Below, one piece after another: positions 57,281 through 64,000 of a stretch of DNA of 64,000 bases (its first letter is position 1; the number at the start of each line of letters is the position of its first letter). The notes beneath the pieces were generated by a model. The model was not told the origin of the DNA. It did no database searches and saw only the letters and a program-made list of their open reading frames with translations. The stretch spans positions 68,494 through 132,493 of the forward strand of contig CAYNQR010000001.1 in the NCBI GenBank assembly GCA_964399425.1, given 5' to 3'. Source of the stretch: an uncultured Dehalococcoidales bacterium (GTDB lineage: Bacteria; Chloroflexota; Dehalococcoidia; Dehalococcoidales; UBA5627). Both the position numbers and the translations under genes were made by a program.

Positions 57281-58312
57281 TCAGAATAACGGCTGCTGCG
57301 GCGGTTTTTCCTTGTTGTTGCAGGGGATTCCGAGATGCTGGTAAGCCAGCGGAGTTGCCAGTCTGCCGCGCGGCGTCCTTTCCAGGAAACCCAGTTGCAT
57401 CAGGTAAGGCTCATAAACGTCCATGATGGTATCCGCTTCCTCGCTGATGGATGCGGCAATGGTTTCGATGCCGACCGGCCCTCCGTTGAATTTCTTTATA
57501 ATGGTATGTAAAACCTTATTATCGACATCATCCAGCCCCATATGGTCGACTTCCAGTTTCGAGAGCGCCTCTACCGCCATCGCAGCGGTAGCCGTGCCGT
57601 CGCCTTTCACCTGCGCGTAGTCCCTGACCCGTTTCAACAGGCGGTTAGCCACTCTCGGCGTTCCGCGCGAACGGCAGGCGATTTCATGCAGCCCGTCCGC
57701 TTCGGCTCTAACCCCGAGGATTTTTGCCGAGCGTTTCAGGATTTCTTCTATATCTTCAATATTGTAAAAATCGAGGCGGTAAACAGCCCCGAACCTGTCT
57801 CTCAAGGGGGAGCTTAGTTGTGCGTAGCGCGTGGTCGCCCCGATTAAAGTGAAAGCCGGCAGATTCAAACGCAGACTCTTGGCGCCGGGGCCTTTGCCTA
57901 TCATGATATCCAGTGCGCGGTCTTCCATTGCCGGATAGAGTATTTCTTCAACCACCCTGCTGAGACGATGTATTTCATCGATAAACAGGATATCCTGGCT
58001 GTGAATATTGGTTAAGATAGCCGCCAGGTCGCCGGTTCGTTCTATGGCCGGTCCCGAGGTTATCCTGAGGTTGACCCCCATCTCGATAGCAATTATATTC
58101 GCCAGTGTGGTTTTGCCAAGTCCAGGAGGCCCGTAAAGCAATATGTGGTCGAGAGCTTCGCCTCTGCCTTTGGCGGCTTCGATGGCAATGTTCAGATTTT
58201 CCCTGACCCTGGATTGCCCGATAAAATCGCTGAAATATCTCGGCCTGAGAGTGCTATCCAGGGGAGAATCTTCATCGTTGTTTTTACCGGATATTATGCG
58301 TTCTATTTCAAT
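57281..58312 (-). CDS. ruvB: Holliday junction branch-migration helicase RuvB (non-canonical start: ATT at 58312 or ATA at 58306)
   Basis: Walker A 'GPPGLGKTT', with 'DEIHRL' and '[11 protein letters not shown]'. The conserved N-terminal 57 codons ('IEIERIIS...[12 protein letters not shown]...ALDHI') lie upstream of the first TTG and contain no ATG, GTG or TTG. An in-frame TAA lies at 58325-58327. Confidence 0.88.
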   Translation of the reverse strand: MEIERIISGKNNDEDSPLDSTLRPRYFSDFIGQSRVRENLNIAIEAAKGRGEALDHILLYGPPGLGKTTLANIIAIEMGVNLRITSGPAIERTGDLAAILTNIHSQDILFIDEIHRLSRVVEEILYPAMEDRALDIMIGKGPGAKSLRLNLPAFTLIGATTRYAQLSSPLRDRFGAVYRLDFYNIEDIEEILKRSAKILGVRAEADGLHEIACRSRGTPRVANRLLKRVRDYAQVKGDGTATAAMAVEALSKLEVDHMGLDDVDNKVLHTIIKKFNGGPVGIETIAASISEEADTIMDVYEPYLMQLGFLERTPRGRLATPLAYQHLGIPCNNKEKPPQQPLF

Positions 58313-58334
58313 GCTCCCTGCCCGTTATTGGGTT

Positions 58335-58343
58335 ATTATACCA
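58335..58343 (-). promoter_or_regulatory. extended -10 element (TGGTATAAT) upstream of ruvB
   Basis: The minus strand reads TGGTATAAT, 22 nt upstream of the proposed ATT start and downstream of the pilT terminator. Confidence 0.45.
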
Positions 58344-58388
58344 CATGAGAGACAGCATTCCGTAAACAACCTGCAAAATGGATTCGGA

Positions 58389-58413
58389 TAAAAAAGAGGG
58401 GGCGCTGCCCCTC
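58389..58413 (-). terminator. rho-independent terminator after pilT
   Basis: The minus strand reads GAGGGGC-AGC-GCCCCCTC followed by TTTTTTAT. Confidence 0.75.
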
Positions 58414-58462
58414 AAAATTGTTTATGATATCGTGATTTGGATAATAATTGCGTTGTTACAGC

Positions 58463-59590
58463 TTATCCCCTGGATTTGCTTTTCCTTACGATTACCTTGC
58501 CCTTGCTGCCGCCGATGATATTCTCGACCTCTTTGCAATTGGTGCAATAGCGCATAACGGTATCGTACTTAATGACACCCTTTTTATACAGTTCTGTAAG
58601 CGCTTCATCCATGGAAATCATGCCGTTTTCACGGTTCGTTACGATTACATTGTGCAGTTGATAGATCTTGCCCTCCCGCACCAGGTTCTTTACCGCATCG
58701 TTTGCCAGCATTATCTCGACTGCGGCAATTCTGCCCGTTCCGCTGGCGCGCGGCACCAGTGTCTGGCAGATAACCGCCACCAGCAGAGATGCCAGCCTAG
58801 TCTGCGCCAGATTGCGCTCGTGCAGGGGGAATAAGTCGATTATGCGTTCCAGCGCTTGCGGTGCGCTGGGGGCATGGCTGGTACTGAGTACCAGGTGTCC
58901 GGTCTCGGCGATGTTTAAAACCGCCGCCGCCGTTTCCATATCGCGCATTTCACCTACTAAAATAACATCGGGGTCCTGCCTTAAAACATGTCTCAAAGCA
59001 TGCCCGAAAGAATAGGTATCGCTCCCCAGTTCGCGTTGGGTGATAACGCTCTTGTCGGAATGATGGACGTATTCAATGGGGTCTTCAATAGTTAAAATAT
59101 GACGACTGTCGGTTTTGTTCAGATGGTTTATCATCGCCGCCAGTGTCGTCGTCTTTCCGCTGCCGGTAGGGCCTGTAACGATAATCAGTCCTCTTGGTTG
59201 GGTAATCAACTCTTCGAATACTGCGGGTAATTCCAGCTGTTTAATAGTCGGCACTTCGGCAGGCAGCAGGCGTATGGCAAGGCTAATCGCACCGCGTTGA
59301 ATCGAAGCATTGCAACGGAACTGTGCGACTTCGGGTATAGCATAACTGAAATCCAGTTCCCGGTTTTCCTCAAAATGCGCTCTTTCCCTCGGCGTAGTAA
59401 TTTGCTCGAAAGCAACCCTGATATCCTGCGCCGTAAGCGGTTGCGAGCCGTTAACACTCTTCAGAACTCCATCGATACGAAACATCGGAGGGGTATCCAG
59501 CACCATATGCAGGTCGGACGCCCTCTCATCCTTTGCACTTTTCAGCAGGTCTATAATATCCACAATCCCCTCTTCCTTACCATGTGGCAT
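58463..59590 (-). CDS. pilT: type IV pilus retraction ATPase PilT
   Basis: Walker A 'GPTGSGKTTT', 'ILTIEDPIE' and 'ILVGEMRD'. The start is taken at the ATG (MPHGKEE); the track's TTG start at 59626 would overlap the upstream gene by 50 nt. Confidence 0.9.
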   Translation of the reverse strand: MPHGKEEGIVDIIDLLKSAKDERASDLHMVLDTPPMFRIDGVLKSVNGSQPLTAQDIRVAFEQITTPRERAHFEENRELDFSYAIPEVAQFRCNASIQRGAISLAIRLLPAEVPTIKQLELPAVFEELITQPRGLIIVTGPTGSGKTTTLAAMINHLNKTDSRHILTIEDPIEYVHHSDKSVITQRELGSDTYSFGHALRHVLRQDPDVILVGEMRDMETAAAVLNIAETGHLVLSTSHAPSAPQALERIIDLFPLHERNLAQTRLASLLVAVICQTLVPRASGTGRIAAVEIMLANDAVKNLVREGKIYQLHNVIVTNRENGMISMDEALTELYKKGVIKYDTVMRYCTNCKEVENIIGGSKGKVIVRKSKSRG

Positions 59591-61118
59591 AAATATAAAA
59601 TTCGAATGTACTGGCGCTATCAACAACAGCGTTTACAATTACCGAGTTGAATTGCCCGCTTTCTCTCAAGGCACGGGCATAATCATAAATATTGTCCTCG
59701 CTTGTTCCTGTGCCGTAGATACCAATCTGGTCGGCGATGTAAACGACATTCAATACGTCCACTTTACCGCCGGACAATGTGGTTATCATGCTTAAGTCGA
59801 TGTTGGTTTTCGCCAATGCATCGCTTAAATTATCGAGCAATTGCTGCATTACGACAGCCTGTTCATGTTCGTCAATCGGCAGCATATTCGTAGCTATTTG
59901 TCTATCTATAGCTCTCTGCATTAACAAGACTTCATTTTGTTTTTGTTTATTTGCATCTTCGATAAGCGAAAGCTGAGATTCAAGGTTATCCGCATCCTTG
60001 TTAAGATTGGTAATAGCGCTATTCAATGCCGTATTCTGCGCCTGCAACTGCGACAGTTCCGTTCTCATCTTTTGGGTTTCATCGATTGTATTTTGCAGTA
60101 ACAGCCATCCGTAATAAATTCCTGCCAAAGCCACAACTATCAACACCGGCACCAGTATATTAACCAGCTTCGGAGCCGGAGGTTGATGCGCCTTTGGCAG
60201 AGCTTCTATATCGATAACAGAATAATAAATGTCCTTCCCCTTCGGCAACTGTCCTTTAAGAAACATCCCTATGTTTACCATATACTGGCTGGCCGGAAAT
60301 TCAGCGTCCATTGTAAACGGCACCGCCAGGGTAAACACCGCATTCCCAAGTCCGCCCAGATTTTCCTTCAAGTCCTCTTCTTTATTCGCCAGGTCTCCGC
60401 ATACCATAATCGGCGTCGAATCGTCCAGCGCCTTATCGGGATAGCTTGTTTTATAATAAGATATCGTTCTGTTGATTTCCTCGCCTATAATCGGTAATTT
60501 TTGCCCCATTTCATCGGAATCGATTGGTAAAGAAAGGCTGCGGAGGACTTTGGGCAAACCATCGGAAAGCACTATTATATCCAGATACGTCAACCATGAA
60601 TTCACAATTACAGCGCTCGGCTCGTTGACGCAGCGCGCCAGAGCCAGCGGGGCCAGGTCGAGCGACTGCGGTTTCAATCCTGCCGCTTTAACGGCATTAA
60701 TCAAGGTATCGGTAGCATTGCGCGGCTGCGCAGCCAGAAAATACTGGGTCTCGCCTTTATCGCCGGCAATGTGTTGATATGAGAGGTATACCTGTTCGAC
60801 AGAAATAGGTAGCACGCGCCGTGCTTCATTTATTATCGCCTCATCCAACATGGAACGCGGTATATCGGCGGGAAAAGTGATAAAACGAAAAACCGAATTC
60901 AAACCGCTCAAACCGACTGTTACCTTCTTGTCATTCACTTCGGTGGCTGCCATAATATTTTTGATTTCTTTAGCTATCTGTTTTTCATCCAGTATGACGC
61001 CGTCGCTGACCAGTTTCTGTTCGAGAACCAGGCTTGCCCACTTGAGCACCTTTTTACCATCGCTAACTACAAGCTTGATTTCCGCATCTTCTATATATAA
61101 AGTAACTTTGCGTGCCAT
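59577..61118 (-). CDS. pilM: PilM (actin-like) fused to a PilN-like TM, coiled-coil and C-terminal domain
   Basis: 513 aa. The N-terminal ~320 aa are PilM-like. These are followed by the TM helix 'LVNILVPVLIVVALAGIYYGWLLL', a coiled coil, and a PilN/PilO-like C-terminal domain. Confidence 0.78.
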   Translation of the reverse strand: MARKVTLYIEDAEIKLVVSDGKKVLKWASLVLEQKLVSDGVILDEKQIAKEIKNIMAATEVNDKKVTVGLSGLNSVFRFITFPADIPRSMLDEAIINEARRVLPISVEQVYLSYQHIAGDKGETQYFLAAQPRNATDTLINAVKAAGLKPQSLDLAPLALARCVNEPSAVIVNSWLTYLDIIVLSDGLPKVLRSLSLPIDSDEMGQKLPIIGEEINRTISYYKTSYPDKALDDSTPIMVCGDLANKEEDLKENLGGLGNAVFTLAVPFTMDAEFPASQYMVNIGMFLKGQLPKGKDIYYSVIDIEALPKAHQPPAPKLVNILVPVLIVVALAGIYYGWLLLQNTIDETQKMRTELSQLQAQNTALNSAITNLNKDADNLESQLSLIEDANKQKQNEVLLMQRAIDRQIATNMLPIDEHEQAVVMQQLLDNLSDALAKTNIDLSMITTLSGGKVDVLNVVYIADQIGIYGTGTSEDNIYDYARALRESGQFNSVIVNAVVDSASTFEFYIYATW

Positions 61119-62350
61119 TATTCTTCCTCCTGCGAGGTATTATAAGTATAGACGGCAATTCTAACAGTACCGCTGGAAGCGGTTTCCATTTCTATTATCA
61201 GTTCATTTGCCGCTGCCTGTGCGCTCAATAAAACCAGCGGCGTAACATGCTCGACCATTCTTTTCTCTATACATTCCGATATATATGTCTTCAATAAACC
61301 GGCAATATCCGAAGTCAGAGCCCCGGATAATTCACTGCTTAACAAGGCAGCAATATCTTCTCCCACTATCGTTTCCAGATTGTCGCCGTTTTCCAGGGCT
61401 GCCGCAATTCTTTCCGATAATTCCTTTATAACTTTATCTGCCAACCAATCGTTGATATGTTGTTTTATCAATGCCGCCAGGTCGAATGCTAAACTGTCAT
61501 CGTAATCTTCCGTCAGGGTATGCTCCAGCGGTTCCTCAAATACTTCCTGCATCAACTCAGCCAGTATTTGCTTGATTGCAGTTGCCATTTCCTGAACAGT
61601 TTGCGTGCTAATGTAATTACCGGTGACATCGGCTATTCCGAGGACAATAAAATTACATATCTGGTCGAGTGATAAATCGGCAATGCCTTCCAGTACCATT
61701 TCATCGAGAACTATATCGAACACAAGTTCTTTCTCGTCAGCTGTAAGCATTTTGGGCAATGAAAGGCTTATATTATCGAAAAGAGCGGTATTGAATGAGG
61801 CATCGGATTGTATTTTTATCAGATAATCGAGAATACCGGCTTTTTTACCGGAAATCGCGAGGTCTAAAATAACTATATCGTAATTAACTCCCTCTATATT
61901 AATGGTAGCGCCGATGGAATAGATGATTTGAGAAAGCGTAATCCCGGACGAATCCGCCAGGGCAAATAATAACTCGCCGTACTCAATGCTTTCAACAGCG
62001 CTTAGGAATTTAGCCTCTGTAGCATTAAGCAGGGCAATTGCTTCCTGTATCGCCTGTTCCCGTTCAGCTTCCAACTGCAGGAGTTCGTCTTGCAGCAGAT
62101 TCAGTTCCTGTTGCAGTTCTGCCGTTTTTTCTCCGGCCGCTGCGATATCCGCTTCGAGCTTCTGTATCTTCTGCTCCAGGTTATTTTTGCTCATTGTGCG
62201 CACCAGCGCCATCTGCTTAGCGGTATTTATCTGCTGCTGGAGGGTTTCCTGTTCATTCTTATTGCTGTTATAAGGGATATACAGCGCTACGGCTGCTGCA
62301 ATTAAAACCACCACCCCGATTACTGCCCACCGCTTACCGCTCATTTTCAT
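61118..62350 (-). CDS. bitopic coiled-coil protein, PilO-like N-terminus with a long acidic helical C-domain
   Basis: 410 aa. TM helix 'WAVIGVVVLIAAAVALYI', then a heptad-rich segment 'LEQKIQKLEADIAAAGEKTAELQQELNLLQDELLQLEAE'. Its stop overlaps the pilM ATG (TAATG). Confidence 0.55.
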   Translation of the reverse strand: MKMSGKRWAVIGVVVLIAAAVALYIPYNSNKNEQETLQQQINTAKQMALVRTMSKNNLEQKIQKLEADIAAAGEKTAELQQELNLLQDELLQLEAEREQAIQEAIALLNATEAKFLSAVESIEYGELLFALADSSGITLSQIIYSIGATINIEGVNYDIVILDLAISGKKAGILDYLIKIQSDASFNTALFDNISLSLPKMLTADEKELVFDIVLDEMVLEGIADLSLDQICNFIVLGIADVTGNYISTQTVQEMATAIKQILAELMQEVFEEPLEHTLTEDYDDSLAFDLAALIKQHINDWLADKVIKELSERIAAALENGDNLETIVGEDIAALLSSELSGALTSDIAGLLKTYISECIEKRMVEHVTPLVLLSAQAAANELIIEMETASSGTVRIAVYTYNTSQEEE

Positions 62351-62382
62351 ATATTACATGCCCCTTAAAATAAAGATTCGGC

Positions 62383-63549
62383 TTAACTGATTTCCCAGCT
62401 TAATACAGACGGCGCTCCATAAATATAACCGGGGAGCTGTAATGTATCTGCATAACTGGAATCATAAACTATTGTAAACGATTTATCTATATCGATTTCC
62501 GTTATTTCAACCTGTCCTCCGCATACGATGCTGCCGAAAACACTTGATTCCTTATCGAAAGAAACATTGCCGTTCGGCGCATATATCAAAGCATGCAGTT
62601 CGGCTTCCTTTTTAAAGGCTATGTCTCCGTTTAACGAGAAGATTATAGCATCCGTATTCGACGTATAATCCGGCATTTTCCCCATATATATATTATTTAC
62701 AGCTATAATACTATAGTTGCCGGTAATATTGCTGGATTTTTGAATATCGATGTCGCCCGTTACATATACGGTTCCCGTTAAATTTATTGTTACATCTTTA
62801 CTAGCTGTCAGATTACCATCTATATATATCGGCCCCAGGTTGACATTCGAGTTAATATCGTAGTTTCCGATATATATATTATTCGTAGCTTTGGCTTCAT
62901 TTTCATATTTTTTAGCAAAATCGGCGAGTTGTGTAGGGCTCGGGAAGTAACCGGATACATCTTGATTTTCGTAAACTTCTCCATTGGTAAGTGTTAATGT
63001 GCCGTTGATACTAAAATCGCCGCCGCATATAATATCGCCGTCGACTACTGTGGTATCCTTCTTTAAAGAAATGTTTCCGCTGCTAACCAGCGCCCCCTGG
63101 AAAGCCATCAAGTTAGTACCCGCAGTACGTATAACGACAGCCTGCACGACAGTAGTATCGGCAAAGGAATTTATCTGATAGTATTCGACGTTATTGAAAG
63201 CATAATATCTTATAATAACGTCTACAACAGTTCCGTTTACAGAACTGATGGTAAATTCATAATCGTCCGTATCCTCGCCTTCTTCTAAAACTCCGTTCAA
63301 TCTACCGTCAGGCACAGAATCCGGCAAATTACGAATAGTCAATATCGCAGTTTCCACACCCGCATCGGCGGCATAAAATATATCCGTTTTCTCTTCTACT
63401 ATTCTTCCGGCATTTATTCCGGCAGTCATCAACGAAACAGCCGGTGCAATCAATAAAGCGCCAATAACGAGGACAACGAGCGCGGTAACCAGAACCGCCC
63501 CTTGCTCTTTGTTGCCTCTTTTTAACAACTCTTTCAACATCATCCGCAC
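62383..63549 (-). CDS. PilX-N-like pseudopilin with a predicted beta-helical body
   Basis: 388 aa. The N-terminus 'KEQGAVLVTALVVLVIGALLIA' resembles the PilX N-domain. The body has recurring G-[DN]-[IV] turns. C-terminal block 'IYAPNGNVSF...FGSIVCGG...LSWEIS'. Confidence 0.6.
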   Translation of the reverse strand: MRMMLKELLKRGNKEQGAVLVTALVVLVIGALLIAPAVSLMTAGINAGRIVEEKTDIFYAADAGVETAILTIRNLPDSVPDGRLNGVLEEGEDTDDYEFTISSVNGTVVDVIIRYYAFNNVEYYQINSFADTTVVQAVVIRTAGTNLMAFQGALVSSGNISLKKDTTVVDGDIICGGDFSINGTLTLTNGEVYENQDVSGYFPSPTQLADFAKKYENEAKATNNIYIGNYDINSNVNLGPIYIDGNLTASKDVTINLTGTVYVTGDIDIQKSSNITGNYSIIAVNNIYMGKMPDYTSNTDAIIFSLNGDIAFKKEAELHALIYAPNGNVSFDKESSVFGSIVCGGQVEITEIDIDKSFTIVYDSSYADTLQLPGYIYGAPSVLSWEIS

Positions 63550-63589
63550 CTCCTCCGGTATATTTTATATTCAAAGAACATTAATAAAT

Positions 63590-64000
63590 TCAGCTTATAG
63601 TCCAGGACATTACTATCAATCCTGATGGGGTTGTGGAGCCGGCCCCGCCGTCCCAGTCGATTATATACGGATTATCGATTACTCCCTGCGCATACTCGAT
63701 TTTTGCGCTACCGCCCATCGAAAGGCTGTCACATACAATTGAACCGTAAATGGTGATATCTCCTGTGTAGGAAACATTCGCCTCGGGGGCGTATATAACA
63801 GCCGAAATGTAGCTGCTGCCGCTTAAAGAGACGTTGCCGGTCGGCACCAGCAAAAACGGAATGTCGGCATCATCCAGCTTGGTCGCGCCTACCAGTGAAA
63901 CGTTGCCCATAACTACAAAGGTATGGCCGCCCTTAATCGCCGAACTTCCGCTCAACGATAAATTTCCTCCAACATATACTTCGGAGGAAATATTGATTTT
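63590..64000 (-). CDS. paralogue of the beta-helical PilX-like protein (5' end lies outside the window)
   Basis: The frame stays open to position 64000. It has the same C-terminal block, 'IYAPEANVSY...YGSIVCDS...MSWTIS'. Confidence 0.6.
   Translation of the reverse strand, partial: KINISSEVYVGGNLSLSGSSAIKGGHTFVVMGNVSLVGATKLDDADIPFLLVPTGNVSLSGSSYISAVIYAPEANVSYTGDITIYGSIVCDSLSMGGSAKIEYAQGVIDNPYIIDWDGGAGSTTPSGLIVMSWTIS

Overview
This 64 kb window is a compact, mostly housekeeping segment of a bacterial chromosome with about 64 protein genes, 3 tRNAs, and no rRNA, CRISPR array or transposase. Three features suggest a Dehalococcoidia-like Chloroflexota genome, by inference only: a bacterial Elp3 homologue, a Wood-Ljungdahl-type cluster without a CODH (carbon monoxide dehydrogenase) subunit, and ftsA-ftsZ with no mur/dcw neighbours.

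Gene order:
- pyrC'-carA-carB-pyrK
- an alpha/beta hydrolase, a CN-hydrolase and rimO
- a triple-repeat hypothetical protein and bfr
- a type II fatty-acid synthesis (FAS II) region: fabI, a FabK-like reductase, an acyl-CoA carboxyltransferase, a split hotdog dehydratase, plsX, acpP, fabG and fabD, with fabF divergent
- an AT-rich islet (ATP-grasp gene plus hicAB) next to tRNA-Gly
- ftsA-ftsZ, preceded by a 617 aa alanine-rich tail-anchored coiled-coil protein
- two tRNA-Ser genes flanking AlkD-like and GyrI-like genes
- dprA-topA-xerC-pepP-efp-PHP-formyltransferase
- clpP, tig and aspS
- a tightly packed fhs-RACo-folD-acsD-acsB-acsC-acsE operon
- trxA
- elp3 divergent from a Trm9-like methyltransferase
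- rimI, queH and ruvB
- a type IV pilus-like operon: pilT, a pilM-pilN fusion, a PilO-like gene and two beta-helix PilX-like paralogues

Observations most worth follow-up:
1. The AcsB-like acetyl-CoA synthase keeps the [4Fe-4S] Cys quartet with exact canonical spacing, but Cys-Glu-Trp replaces the Ni-binding Cys-Gly-Cys, in an operon with no CODH subunit.
2. An Elp3 / Trm9-like / Zn-ribbon cluster suggests a bacterial mcm5U-type tRNA pathway.
3. A tail-anchored Ala-rich coiled-coil gene sits where ftsQ/dcw genes normally lie.
4. EF-P has a non-canonical tip loop and is translationally coupled to PHP and formyltransferase-fold genes.
5. ruvB has no canonical start codon for its conserved N-terminus.
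6. A shared 15-16 nt motif occurs in two FAS II divergent promoter regions.
7. Structured intergenic repeat elements occur at several sites.
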